Below are positions 27,201-40,614 of a DNA stretch of 64,000 nucleotides, one piece after another; position 1 is the stretch's first letter; each line of letters begins with the position of its first letter. The stretch lies in assembly GCF_018977255.1 (NCBI RefSeq), contig NW_024704742.1, positions 47,122,001 to 47,186,000 on the forward strand, written 5' to 3'. This stretch comes from Callorhinchus milii (lineage: Eukaryota). The notes under the pieces are model-generated. The model worked only from the letters and a program-made list of their open reading frames with translations. It searched no databases and was not told where the DNA came from. A program made the position numbers and the translations under genes.

Positions 27201-28152
27201 TGTCCCATATAAACAGAACTTAACACAGCAGTAAAGCTGCCATGATAATTGCATCTTTTTAATCAGAGAAGTGTAATTTTGCATAGTGTAATACATAAAG
27301 ACTCTTATTAAATTCCACAACATTGAGACAATGTCACACTTTGTCGATGATGGATGTTCCAAGGTGGAAGTTAAGAATTCTTATCCCTTTCTATTCCAAT
27401 GAAGCAGAATTCCAACCATTTTCAAGATTTTTCTCTGCTATTCAGTTAATGAGGACGACATTTAATCTACTATTAGGACATTGTACAATTTATGTTCCAT
27501 CTAACTCATGCTATTACATAAACCATCAGTTGGTTATGTAAACACTGGGGAAAGCAAATAAATTATCCCTTAACATTATTCAAATAAATGAAAACCTTTC
27601 CTCATAAGAAATACTCAAGTCTATTAATCGCCTATCACCTAGAACTTTTCCAATGTGAGCTCCCAATTTCCAGAATAGAGTACAGGCTATGTCATTGCTA
27701 ATGCAATGTTTTTGGGAAAGACAATATTGAATTACTAAATATTAAATATTTTTGCAACATGGAAGCAGATAAGGAAGGGTCTGACAATAATTCTGTCAAC
27801 AAAGGAAAAAAGTACCAACGCAAAGGAAAATGAGGGAAATAGGTGAACCATAAAGTTGGCTTTAAACATTCAGACTGACAGATGTTTAGAGCAGCAGAAG
27901 GGCTTTATGTATTTCAAGCACCTGGAACATGGCTTATATTAAAATTCAGTCAAAGATTTTTTAAATTCCAGTGCATAAGCTTTGGTTTCAAGAAAAAAAA
28001 TCAGAGAAGTCTATAAAATCGCAGGTATACGGATATCCAAACAAACAAACAAGGTTTAGAAATGCATTGCTTTTAAAAACATGTTATGATTGAAGAAAGG
28101 ACGGTTTCATATTTGGTGTCTATTAAAAGCAGACACCTCTCTCATTGGTTTG
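24244..28152 (-). other. RELL1: RELL1 3'UTR (~3.7-3.9 kb) with AATAAA signals at 24487-24492, 24270-24275 and 24244-24249
   Basis: Longest stretch of the window without recognisable TE. It ends at a cluster of minus-strand AATAAA. Confidence 0.65.
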
Positions 28153-28170
28153 TCACTGAAGCGTTTTCTC
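28153..28170 (-). CDS. RELL1: RELL1 terminal exon, coding part (EKTLQ*)
   Basis: Strong acceptor ttcttctttttcttcacag at 28171, phase 0 compatible with the exon 6 donor. Followed by a long repeat-free AT-rich UTR. Confidence 0.72.
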   Translation of the reverse strand, partial: EKTLQ

Positions 28171-29296
28171 CTGTGAAGAAAAAGAAGAACTATTAAAGCA
28201 AATCAAATATTTTAAACCAGCAAACTAACTGGTCAGGATAAGAACCAATTCAGTTTTATTGGAAACAACTTTAAGTTAAAGTAATTCAATTACAACTATC
28301 ACAATGCATGTTGTGGGCTATATTTATAAAATTAGTTGAGTTTAAATCCCCAGACATCATACTCAGGCAATACAGTGCTTTGCTCAAACCACATCTAAAG
28401 TACTGAATACAGTTATGGTCACTTTGACATTTGTAGGGCCTATAGGCAGTGATCTTGAGATCTTAACTTCCATCAATCACTATTGGAAGACAGTCAGGAC
28501 TGCAAATTTCTCCATTGTAACAGTCAACACCACTCCACCATTGACCAATAGGAGAGGCAGCCTTGCATGTAAAAAGTACACTTGGAGATCTTGTTCACTA
28601 TTTTCTCCTCTACGCCTGTGTACACAGATAAATTATGCTATGAAGAAAAACAAAATAAGTAACCACTACATGAAATAAGTTAATGTCTATGCATTACAAA
28701 TAACCTGCATTTCTATCACATTTTACCACGTCAAATCGTCTCAAAGTGCTTCACAAGTAATTAAGCGAAGTGAATATTTTTGTATGCAAGAATTCTAACC
28801 AATTAAGCTGGAAGCTTGTTGGCCAAGACGTGAGAAGAAATTCCCATCTCTTCCCAAATAAAATTACTGATAATCATAAGGTTGTTGTAGGTTATGGGTT
28901 TTATATCTAAACAAATAACAGTATTTTAAAATATTAGCTTCAATCCTGCCCATAAGTGCCTTGGCACCACTGAGTTTCATCAAGCAGATCACGAAAGAGG
29001 ACATGCCAGCGTGATATCAGGAGATTTCCTTGGAACATGGCTATTCTATGATTTGTCTCAACAGTGTTCAAGAGCCTTTTCAATCTCTCCCTCCAACATA
29101 CACTTAATATTTGTTATGTAAAGACTAGATGCATAAGCCCTTAGGACACTGCAGCTAACTTTACTCATCCAGACAAACACAAGGATGCTACAAACTGAGA
29201 CAACAGGCTGCATAAATGGTCCTTTTGCCTATAAACAGTATTAACAGAAATTAACTGAAGATCTTAAGAATGTTTCAAAGTTATAGGTAATATATA

Positions 29297-29610
29297 GTGG
29301 AGTCCTGTAGCTCAGTGGTTAGAGCAGTGGTTAGAGACCTGAGTTCAATTCCAGGCAGGGCAAAACCTTGGGCAAGTTTCCTTACTCCACACACCTAATA
29401 ATAATCCCTCCAAAACCAAAAAAAACAATAAATTTGTCATTTTCAATCTACGACTGTTTGTGGGACATTGCTGTGTGCAATTGGCTGCCGCGTTCGCCCA
29501 CAAATATAGTCAATTCACTTTACAGTGTGTTCTGTGAAGCGCTTTGGGACATCCTCCCGATGTGAAAAGTGCTATATCAAATGCAAGGATTATAATATCA
29601 AATGCAAGTA
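29297..29610 (+). mobile_element. tRNA-derived SINE (short form)
   Basis: Nearly colinear with 7100-7420. Confidence 0.85.
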
Positions 29611-30327
29611 TTAGCACAGACTTATTCCCAGCACAAATAGTCCATCTATATAAACAGGCTCTACATAAACGTAATTTGTGTTATACTGCATCTCCTGGCT
29701 TGAATGCAGCCGTGATCAGTCAGTAATGCAATGCTGGGTTTATATTATGCCTCCAAATGCACAGTAAGTGAAACTGGCACTTCAATAACTACCATGGTGC
29801 AGTGCCAGAATATTTGAAAATTAGTGTTTACTGACGTTCTTTCTTTACATGCATATGGCATACAATATTATATCTTCCACAAAACAAATCACATTTGGGT
29901 ATTCATCTTCCTATTTGTATTTCTAGGTTTTTCATGCTCCTGACGTGAAAGGCACTATACAAATGAAATCTTGTTGTTGCTCCTTAAACAACACTAGAGG
30001 TGACAAGGACCTTGGCCTGAATATTGAGCGAATCAGGAAAAAGACAGAGAAAAATCATTCTCATTTTAGATACATCTGTTATTATCTTGTTAGTGGCAAT
30101 CACAAAAATAACACTAATCTTTTTGCACATGTGCAATGTCTCTGAACGTATCTTGCAATATTATCTTCCTCAAAAGGACAGAATGACTCTACGCACAGTT
30201 GCATTCCCTCTGAAAATACTGAGACAGATTCCACAAAGATAAAATCGGCAGGCAAGAGAAATGCCACCAGTCTGCCGTTGCCAGCACTTTGCTGTTGCAA
30301 TCCTTGCAGAAGTCACTCCCCACTCAC

Positions 30328-30469
30328 CTCTTTGTCATCCAGTTTTGTTGGTGAGCTTGGTACTTGATTGTCTGAATTTTCACCTTCATTGGCACTATCT
30401 ATAGGGGTGAGGATCAAACCTTTGTGTTCTTTCAAACTGGATTTTCGATCTACATGTGTAACTCGAAAC
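30328..30469 (-). CDS. RELL1: RELL1 coding exon 6 (RFRV motif); reads on to an alternative TGA at 30313 if unspliced
   Basis: gtatttctag|G completes Arg, giving GRFRVTHV, the RFxV SPAK/OSR1 docking motif of the RELT family. Perfect donor GAG|GTGAGT at 30327. Confidence 0.92.
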
Positions 30470-30529
30470 CTAGAAATACAAATAGGAAGATGAGTCAACA
30501 AGAAATTGCTTTCTAAACCAGGAATATTA

Positions 30530-32620
30530 AGAACTTGCATTTATATAGCACCTTTCACACAAGGTAACATCTCAGAGTACTTCACAGAGATGGGCTTGGA
30601 TGACAAGTGAAGGATGGGGGAGGGGGGCGATGTAGGCGAAGTCCAAGAGGTAGATCATTAGTGGGAGTGAGACAGATGGAGTTTCAGTGCTTAAGAGTAA
30701 TTGTTGAACACTTAGCCACTGAGGGGCTGGGAGATGCACAGGAGGCCAAAGTTAGCCAAATGGAGGAGGCAAGCAGAAAAGTGGTGTAGAATAAGATCAT
30801 AGAGATGCTAAGGTGTGAACAAATTTATAGGTGAGCATGAGGATATGGAAGTTAATCTGTTGGGAGTCAGGCAAAAACTAGGATGATGGGCATGCAGAGT
30901 TTGGTACAGTTGAGAATGCGAACAGCAGATTTGGATCAGCTTAGGTGGAGACCAGCAAGGATAGGTTTTAGAAGTTGAGTCTGGAGGCATGAATGAGGAT
31001 CTTGACAGCATTTGATGAGGCGGGCAATGTTGCAAAAAGTAATCTTGGTTAGGGACTGAATAGAAGGGACATTTAGGTTTCAATTGAATACCAAGGTTGT
31101 GCATTGGTCCAGTGAATTTGAGAGGGAGGCAGGATGATAGAGAAAGTTAGATCCAGAAGTGCGGAATCGTTGGTACAACATCCTATCCATGCCAAGCTAC
31201 AAGGCCTGGGCCTGGATGAGTGCAAACTTCCTGTAGCTGAATATGGACAAGACGGAAGTCATTCTCCTTGGCTCCGTCAACATCTTCATTCTTGCGGATC
31301 TGAACTCCTCAACTTTCCTGGGCTCACCTCAAACTCACCGAACAAGTGCGCAATCTAGGCATCCGGTTCGACCCACAGTTGTCCTTCCCCCCCACATCCA
31401 ATCCCTGACCAGGACCGGCTTCTTCCACCTCCTCCACATTTCCCACCTTCGACCGTACCTTACCCCAAATGCAGCCCAACCCCTTGTGCATATGCTTGTC
31501 ACCTCCCGCCTGGATTACTCAAACCCACTCCTCGCCAGTCTCCCCAGCTCCACTATTCAAAAGATTCAGCTCATTCAGAACTCTGCTGCCCACATACTGA
31601 CCCGGACCAAACTCCGTACCCACATCTCACCAGTTCTGGCCAGGCTCCACTGGCTCCCCATCACCGAATGGATTGACTTCAAGATGCTCACACTCGTATT
31701 TAAATCCCTTCACTCTCTGGCACCTCCCTACCTCTCCAACCTCCTCAATCATCCACCCAGTGCATCTGCTCGATTGGCACCGGCCTCCTGCTCGTCCCTC
31801 GCATCTTCCACCCCACCATTGGAGGTTGCGCTTTCAGCCACTACACCACAAAACTCTGGAAAACTCTCCCTCAATCCCTCCATCTTGGCCGCCCTCCCTC
31901 CCCTTTTTCAAGTCACGCCTGAAAACCTTCCTCTTCGACCGTGCTTATGGCCACTTCCCCACTCCCCAGCTTGAAGTGAGGCTCTGCCACTCTTAAACTA
32001 CACTGCGTGGAGGGCGCAATATAAGTCCATGTCGTTGTTGCAAGAAATTAAAGTTCAACTTTGTCTTGATGTTTGACAGGCAAACAGAATATCAATGGAC
32101 CTGTGGAAGTTATTATAATAATAATACTTGCTTTACCCTGTGTCCACAGGTTATGTCCCAAAGAGGAGGCATGTAGATGAGGAAAAGGAGGTGACCGAGG
32201 ATAGAAGAGACCTGAAGGACTCCACAGATAACTGCACAAGAGCAAGTGGAAAAATTATTGGAAAAGACAAGGTGGAAGTGGTGATTGAATCCCATGGAGG
32301 TGAGTGAAGAAGGAAGAGGGGATCAAGAAGGATGAAGTGGTCAAAGGAGGACAAGGAGCGAGCTCTTCTCACTCTCAAATAGTATATTGAAGGTTTCTTT
32401 AATGAGGTTTGTCTCACTGTTGTGTGCTGCTTGGAAGCTGGACTGGAGGGTTTGAATAGGCAGTGAGGGGAAAGATAGGAGCAAAGCTGAGTGGCAACAA
32501 TGCGTTTCAGGGCTTAGGAAAGGAAGGGCAGGTTGGAGATGGACGAGTAAATTGAAAGGATAGGTTTTTGAAAAGGTTGAGGAAGTGTTGACAGCAGATT
32601 TGATGGGAAGGAAACAGCAC
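30530..32620. mobile_element. L2 cluster in RELL1 intron 5 (30530-31130 -, 31215-32040 +, 32150-32620 -)
   Basis: + piece: DKTEVILLGS...VTSRLDYSNPLLASLP...LHWLPITEWIDFK. The - pieces are degenerate (includes SGVLQVSSILGHLLFLIYM). Confidence 0.85.
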
Positions 32621-32716
32621 AAAGCCAACAAATATTTATATCTCATCCCAGTTTAATAAGTTACTTTCCAAAATTAAATGTTCTCAATTTCTATAAAGTT
32701 GAATGTAATTATTTAC

Positions 32717-32980
32717 CTTCCTACTGCCAATACTGTAACCTCTCCCATGCGACTCTTTCTGGATTCTCTTGCTGAATTCTTCCTTGACATGCGCCTCTTT
32801 TGGTGGCTACAACGGGAGCATGCATTTTTCTCCACCACACCTCCAACGGTATGTAGATGGTGTCCATGGCAAGAGTGTTTGCTTTGGCTTCCTTGTTGAA
32901 ATGTAGGAGATGTAGGACTGCTTGGACTTTCAATGCTAATAGGACTGGTTGGACTTGGAGGACCATTGGGACTTGAAGGG
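32717..32980 (-). CDS. RELL1: RELL1 coding exon 5 (Ser/Pro-rich; GHHLHTVGGVVE..C..C; GEVTVLAVGR)
   Basis: ttttttgctttaag acceptor, AAG|gtaaat donor, 264 nt, phase 2-2. Near-identical to recalled human GHHLHTVGGVVERDVC and GEVTVLSVGR. Confidence 0.95.
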
Positions 32981-33755
32981 CTTAAAGCAAAAAACAAGTA
33001 ATGGTCAGAAGTGCAACACCACTGTTCCTAAGAAAAAAGGAACAGTCAAACAAAGGCTCTAACTGTTTTTTTCCTTTGCACACCCCTCCCACCCCCAATT
33101 TTTAAGCTACCTCCATTACCACAACCTGAAAAGTTATTCTGTAAAAGAAATTGGGTGGCCCCATTAGAACCCATTCAAGCAGTTACGACATAAATCAAAT
33201 CAAGAAAAACCTGAAAGCATACTACCAATCAAACCCAAATTTACCTAGACTGGTGCAAATGTTTAGGGGCTTCTTCTTCACCATCCCACAGACCATTTCG
33301 AGCCCATAGACCACTTCCGTCTAACTTCTGAGTTGTTAAGTTAATGCTAAGTTAATTTGCACATATTTACTGTGTTCCAAATATTTATTTTAAAAGTTAC
33401 AAGCTAGCCACAAGCAGTAGCACCGTTGAACCAGAAGAGACACTGCTGTGCGCAATTGGCTGCCACGTTTCACCCACAAATATACAGTCAATTCACTTTA
33501 CAGTATATTCTGTGAAGCTCGTTGAGACGTCTAGAAGACGTGAAAAGCACTATATCAAATGCAAGGAATATTATTATAGAAGGAATGCTTTATTTCATTG
33601 ACTAATAATTAATTAAATGAATCATTAAAAATTATCAAAGGATTGTCCTTCAGAAATATTCTGGAATATTAACACACTAATGTTTAACCTAGTAACACAC
33701 TCTACCAAAATTAGCCAGACTGTAATGCATATCTCAAATTATCCATTTACTTAAA

Positions 33756-33769
33756 CCACTGGAGGGCAC
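33756..33769 (+). promoter_or_regulatory. CTCF-like motif CCACTGGAGGGCAC in RELL1 intron 4
   Basis: One mismatch from CCACTAGAGGGCAC. Motif only. Confidence 0.3.
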
Positions 33770-34496
33770 CATGCACCATGTTTAAGCAGCTTACAAATTT
33801 TGTGCTTTCACAACACCCTTTCACTTTTACAATACAAAATTACATTTGTATAGCACCTTTCACATTGGGAGGACTTTTAATTTATTTTTCAAATAGCTAA
33901 GAGAAATAAACAGACGTTTAAGATTTCCTTACCTAAACATGGAATGAGCATGTGAAGGTAATGTTCCAACCTAGTGGAACTTCTGCATCTATGTTTGTAA
34001 AATGTTCTCTTTCCTGCAGTTCCCCTTTATTACTCACATTCCCAGACAAAAAACATGGCTTGCAAGTCTCTACCAATAGCAATGTTTCCACCTTTTGGAA
34101 GTGTGGAGTTCAAGCAACAATTGCTTACCTCTGCATACCAATCTAGCGCAGGATAAAGAGAATTGTTTGGACATCCATCCAATATGCCACAAGCTTTACC
34201 TGCATTGGAACTAAGCTGTCATTGAAGATAGTCAAGAAACAGTACTCTTCATCCCTTTTTAGCACAGTCCTGAAGAGCCACTTACTAGGGTGAACTTTAA
34301 TAAGGAATTATGTATTCTCAATATTCTCAAATTAATATTGCATTTGAATTCACCATGTCAGGCATCTTTCTGATCATCATCCAGACAAATATTTTCTTTG
34401 AGCTCCCTGTTCATAATACTGTTTAGTACAATCATTTCCTTGTAAGTTATTTTTTAACAAAACTCTGAACAGTTTAAGTATCAGAAGCAATCCTAC

Positions 34497-34554
34497 CTTT
34501 CCGGGTCCCCTGGATGATGGTTTGTCATCATAGCTTGTAAGGCTTCAGCATTAG
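34497..34554 (-). CDS. RELL1: RELL1 coding exon 4 (ANAEALQAMMTNHHPGDPE)
   Basis: ttttttcag acceptor, AAG|gtagga donor, 58 nt, phase 1-2. Matches recalled human ANADVLKAMVADNSLYDPES. Confidence 0.92.
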
Positions 34555-35411
34555 CTGAAAAAAATGTAAAAGATGCAAAACCAAAAATAAATCTTACTCC
34601 AGAAATGAACACATTTTAAACCTGAAATTGTAATAAAGTAAACTAGTATGATTCCTTGATTAAAAAGTTAAAAACTACATTTTTTCACAATTTATTTTCA
34701 TGCTGTAAGGCTCTATTTTTAAATCATTTAATCATCAATCATTTTCAACTTACTCTTCACATCTGACACAGAAACACATACAATAATACCTCTTCAAGAA
34801 CTACAATAGTCTTACCCACAAATAGGCCTCAAAATAAAAAAAAGTGACGTTTGACAATTTGGCACTAAACATTTAACGTGTTATTAATTATTAATATTAT
34901 TGTCAACTTTTGGACACTGATTGGCCTGCTGTACATTTTCAAACGTGAGCTTGCAATTCACGATTTTGTGAATATCAGTCAGATTTTTGGGGGGGCAAAT
35001 TTATTTTCAGATTTTTGCAAACCAAAAGGACTAATTATCAACTCAAACACTGTTTGCAAAATCACATTGATGACCACGCTATTACAAGCTCTTTCTACTT
35101 CCTCAAGCCTGACCATGTTGAAATCATCAAACATCATACCATCTCCAACTCTTAATTCATTCTTAATCAGGATCTCAGAGATATGAAACTCTTAAATCTC
35201 ATCTTAAGATCCAACAACTTTCAATACTCAAGCTTAGCAACTAATCACCAAATTTACCTTGTTCTCTCTTGCAAACTTTGAGACCTGCATTGTGGGTTCC
35301 AGTCTTTCACCTACATTTCTTAATTTTAAAGAAATAAGTTTGACACCTACTTGATTTTCAGCAAACTGACCTAAAAGTAAATTGACCAGAACTTTTGCAA
35401 TTAAGGTATAC

Positions 35412-35474
35412 CTGGATTTTTCATTATACAGTGTACCATTTGTCCAACTGTATCAGTATTGCCGTCATGATAAT
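35412..35474 (-). CDS. RELL1: RELL1 coding exon 3 (DYHDGNTDTVGQMVHCIMKNP)
   Basis: tttcttacag acceptor, CAG|gtatac donor, 63 nt, phase 1-1. Matches the RELT-family NSDTVGQIVHYIMKNE motif. Too short for the ORF track. Confidence 0.93.
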
Positions 35475-35664
35475 CTGTAAGAAATAATAAAAAGCATAAA
35501 TAGCTAAATGAAAAGAAGGAAACATCAAATCTCAGTAAATAATACTTGCTTCCTGAAGTAGTATTTCCGCAGCTTTGTTCTGAATTTACCCCCCCCCTTC
35601 AATCGTACGCTGTGTATTCTGGTTCAACTGTTCAGTACAAGATAAAACAGCTTATCAAGGTCTA

Positions 35665-35900
35665 CATTATCTATTCTCTTCATAACCTTCAAGACCGTAA
35701 TCGTATGACCCTTCAACCTTCTCTTCTCCAGTGTGAACATGCCCAGTTTATCTCATCGCTCCTTGTCCAGTCTCTCTATCCCCTCAATAATTTTGTATCC
35801 ACTCAATCGCTGCAATAACTTTTTTATATTGCGGTGACCAGAACTGCACACAGTATTCCAAGTGCGGTTGCATCAATGATTTATAAAGTGGCAGGATTAC
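35665..35900 (-). mobile_element. CR1 fragment; others at ~19140-19340(-), 21490-21670(-), 38800-39080(+), 48500-48650(-), 58905-59075(-)
   Basis: gaccagaactgcacacagtattccaagtgcgg is the minus-strand PHLEYCVQFWSP motif. Confidence 0.75.
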
Positions 35901-38204
35901 ACTTATGAATGCTAACTTCAGATATAGGTTCACAGTACCACGCTAACAAAATTCTAGTTTTACTTCCATCTAAAACAAAATGACTACTGATCTTATAAAA
36001 AGACCACAGTTAAGCAAATAATGACAATTTTAGCAGTTTACCGGGCTCCACACAAATCTCTCAAATAATAATGATGCCTAGGTTGTGGAACAACAGAATT
36101 GCAATCTATTGGGAAACTGATTAATTTGCACCTTCCAGCTCTGTGCTTAGTTACGTTATACGCCAGCTTAATGACAAACAAAAAAGCTTAGAGTGTGCAA
36201 AATAAAACAGAAAAACAAAAATATTGGTGGCAGAAACAAAAAGCAAAAGAGGCCAACAAAAACACTGAAATCAAAATTGGAATCAATCACTGTACAAAAT
36301 TTTAAATGTTAATGTTGGTCACTAAAATACTTTATTCTGTAAATTTCCCCCTTTTTAAAAACAGGTAATTCTAAACAAGACATTCATGTTCTTAGGCAAA
36401 CTCAGGATAATAAGAGTTTTCATTACATACACTTTACATCTAGTTTAAAATAGTTACACCAAATCCTATTAACAAAAATGGGCTTGGTCAATTATATAAA
36501 AAGCAACATTAAATGTTCCCTTCTTCAAATGGTTTATTTTGTACTTCAGTGGAAAGTAATTTTGCCTTTAAAAATCAGTCATGTAGTGTCACCACTCAAG
36601 GAAAATTAATTCTGAATTCAACACATTACAACAAATATTCTGAGTAGGAGTTTCTCTGAATAATATTCACATCTGATTAAACTGGTGTAAACAAAACTCA
36701 GATCCGGACTGCCAATTTTAAAATCAGTATGCTGTACTTTAAAAAAACAAGTATAGTCTTTTGATATAGTTTCCTTCCTGACCCCAAAACAATATACTAT
36801 ATCCTATAATAATGTGACTAATAGTTACAAATTTGAGGACCCCAAAATTTGCTTGTGGATATATTGATGCAGTCCAGATAACTCTAAATTTTATTGTTAA
36901 AATTGTGCTACTTGTATTGTTAAAATTAACTGTACAAAAATTATACTTCTAAAAAATTGTGAATACATTTTCAGCATTCAAACTAGTTAACTCACTTTCC
37001 ACCATGCAAACAAATTGTGATTACCTGTATTAGAAATACATAGTCTCTAAAAACATTGCAACATGTTGAAACAAGTGTTTGGATTCCTCCATTTGTAGCG
37101 GTATTGAAATTACGTATTGAGTTAGAAATAAATGATTATATTAAAATATTAATTTTGTTTTAGAATCAATTTATCTAAAGTGCATTCAAATCACTTCACA
37201 ATTACAGGTCATTAAACTTTATTTTAAAAAGTATAAACTTGAACCAGCATAAAAATATTGCAGCTGTGAGAAATATGGAGTAGGTGTTTTTCTCCCTCCT
37301 ACACACACACACACTCCCTCATTATTCCCACAATAGTCAATAGTGGATGGCTGAGTGCATTGATTAATCTAAGCAATTGAGAAATAAATGGAGATTTCTT
37401 GGGGGAGTGGGTGGGGGTTGGAGAATAAAATAGTCCAATATATAATTTATATCATTACTCCCGAGAGTGAAATCAGAAATAGCCTTCATAAACAGTGTCT
37501 TAATTACTGGAAACTGCAATGAGTTGTTGGTAGAGTAAAATTCACATAAATCATCATTCGGAACTATACATTTAATATATCCTGAGTTGTAGGCAAACTG
37601 TATGAATACAACAATAAATAAAAACAATTATAATAATAAATAAAATAATAAATCATAAAATCTGATTCATTAATAATCCATACTGCATATGAGTAATTCA
37701 ATTTAGCTAGTAAGTGCGTAAGTAATAACTTTGTCACTGAGGACAAGAAGTTAGTTCGTCATTGCAGGCGGTAAATGCAGGAGTAATGGAGGATAGGTGA
37801 TTTACGAATTAGGAGATGATTGATACGAACAGTATTAATCTAAAGAAATCTAAATGGTTTTGATAGGAAACTGGATGAGACTTGGGTGCATGTACGACTT
37901 AGGCAATTATATGATTTATAAAGAGAAGGCTATTACTGTATTGTTTTACCCTAATTTTTATTGAAGAATTTTAAAAATAGCTTTGAGATGTCCTCCCAAC
38001 ATGAAAAGCGCCATGTAAATGTAAATTCTATTGTAATTAAGCTAACAGACTTGTCAAGTTAAATCAAGCCCGCCACACACTCCAATGGTACTGACGCCAG
38101 TAAGGTAGCTCTGCAGCAGCTTTGGCTAGAACAAACAAACAAAAATATTTGGCAATAGAGCCAATTCTTAATAGAGATCACATACAATCTAAAATATTGC
38201 ATGT

Positions 38205-38510
38205 TTCCATAGTTCTGGGGTGTAGTGGCTAAAGACACAACCACCAATGGTGAAGAGGAGGGGATGAGGGATGTGCGGGACGCTGGAGCTTGCTGAGTGA
38301 AGGGTATGGGTAAATGAGTGGGGTGTATGCAGGTGAAAGAGGTAGGAAGGTGCAAGGAGGGAAGTGATTTGCACACAAGTATGAGGATCTTGAAATCGAT
38401 TAGTTCTGCAATAGTGAACCAATGGAGACAGGCAAACCTGGGGTGATAGGGATGCAGAGTTTGGTGCAGGTGAGGATACAGGCGACAAAGTTTTGAACTA
38501 ACTGGATTTT
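38205..38510 (-). mobile_element. L2 fragment
   Basis: LLAPSYLF...IGGCVFSHYTPELW. Confidence 0.75.
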
Positions 38511-40243
38511 ATGAATAAATTGATCTTTTGTCTGCACTGAGTTAGCTTACTTTGGCAAAGGGAGAGGGAAAGAGCTATGTGTAAGGATGCCACAATATCA
38601 CCCAAGATTAAGAAGGGGAATCGGCCATAATTTCTGCTCCTGATTGCGAACTAGTTACATCTACTAGAGAACTGATGTGTCATTGTCAGGTGATGAGTTA
38701 ACACAGAACCTAACAAAGATCAATATTCTTTAATTAATGTTTCAGAAGGTAAATATTTATTTTCCTTTGCAACGCCACTACCCCCCGGAACAATGGAAGT
38801 AGCAAAAAAGAGGCATAGCCTCAAGTTTATTTTTGAAGCAATAAGGTCAGAGTTTAGAGGAAATTCTGTTACACAAAATTATAAGGATGTGGAGTACTTT
38901 GCAGCAAGTGGATCAGAATCAATTATGACATTTAAAAAGGGATTTAGATAAATACCTGATTAAAGATATAAAAGGGTAAGGGGATCGAGGATTAGTAGAT
39001 TGTGTAAGTGGGGAGGTATCATAGAAGATACTTTAAGATGAATGGCTTCCTTCATTCTCTGCTGAATCTTCTATGTCCTACTTATTCTTTCACAAAATTA
39101 TTGGGGTTACTGTAATTTCTCACCAAAACTTGGGTGTCAAAATTGACTTGGAACAATATTAGACATGAGTGCCAATGACAATTGAGAACAGGACACCACC
39201 ATTGGGGGAGGGGAGAAAAATCAGCTGGTTACAGTCACTCTGGTAACATCCTGAACGGGTAGCAGTTGTCTGTGAAGGCTCGCTCAATGATGCACGCTCA
39301 CTGTTGCTGGAGGACCTGACGTCCACTGCCCAGTCACGGAAGCCTCTCAACACTTGATTCCTCAATTGAATGAGGGGAAGAAAAGTACTTCTGTGCGGAA
39401 CTGGAACCTCAAAATTGAGTTTCAATATCCTTGTATCATATGGCTTTTTGTTGGATCTTGCTGGCAAAAATAGGTATTGTTTGCCTAAAAAACAGGCACG
39501 ATCCTCAACAGTAATTACCTGGGAAGCCCTTTGAAGCATGATAAAGTGCTATAAAAATGCAAGTACTTTCTTATATCCTTGATACAATAATAACTTTCAT
39601 ATATATAGCATTCTTCATGCAGGATAGTGCCTCAGAATGCTCAATAATTCTATCAAACCACAGAAAACTATTCTGCTTTGCATTTTTAAACCTATTTAAT
39701 ACTTGAAAGTCATGTAATGATTGAAAATAGTAACCAAATGGGAACAGCTTCTTCGCTAAGAAAGATTCGATGATACCCATGAACATTTTAAGATCAGATG
39801 CTGGCATGTACTAGATGTTGTCGGAACACTAACCTGAATCAATAACTGAAGAAGGCCTTGGTAGAAATATTACACAATATATTTCCCAATATGGAGGTTG
39901 TGAGCTCGTACAAAAAAAAACATTATTCTCCAGTTAAAATTGGTTTGTCTAATTATTTAAAAGTAAAAAAAATAAAGGGGAAATCAAGAACCACCAATTG
40001 AAAATTTTGAAGTTAAAGATTACATCTGCTGCCAATAATCAGGGATTGAAAAAACGTTTCAATTGAAAGTGCTGAAAAGAACTCTATCCTGTTGCAACAG
40101 AAATAACAAGAGAAACAAGCATTTGAATAGAAATTGAACAAACGAGGAAGAATGTCAGCAAATGAACAGAAAATTCATTTACTTGGAATGTTTGTTCATC
40201 AAGGACATTTTGCATCATAACAATTTTAAAGAAGGACTCTTAC

Positions 40244-40474
40244 CCATCTGCTCCTCAGCAATTTTCTCTTCACATTCAAACTCACTATCTGTGGTGCATC
40301 GGTAACCTTTTTTCTTCAGAAGATGACATATTAAGACTCCCGTAAGACCAGTGAGAAAGAAGACGGGCAACAACACATATGCGACATACTCTGGATGTCC
40401 TTCTTCCTTTGTGGTTTGATTATGATCTCCTCCAGAACTTCGGCTTTCCATTCCTTCAGGAAAGTTCCAGGTAC
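40244..40474 (-). CDS. RELL1: RELL1 coding exon 2 (extracellular stalk, TM helix, [13 protein letters not shown])
   Basis: Acceptor cttatttttaaag|GT, donor ATG G|gtaaga. [37 protein letters not shown] matches recalled human RELL1 [37 protein letters not shown]. Confidence 0.95.
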
Positions 40475-40614
40475 CTTTAAAAATAAGTAATTAACATTCA
40501 CTGAGTTGCAATTTGTACTATCAATCGAAAATCACATCAAATCTCGACCCAATAGAATGCAATTACACTTGTCATATTCCTGAGCCTCCATTTACTTTAA
40601 ACAACTTTCACTTA

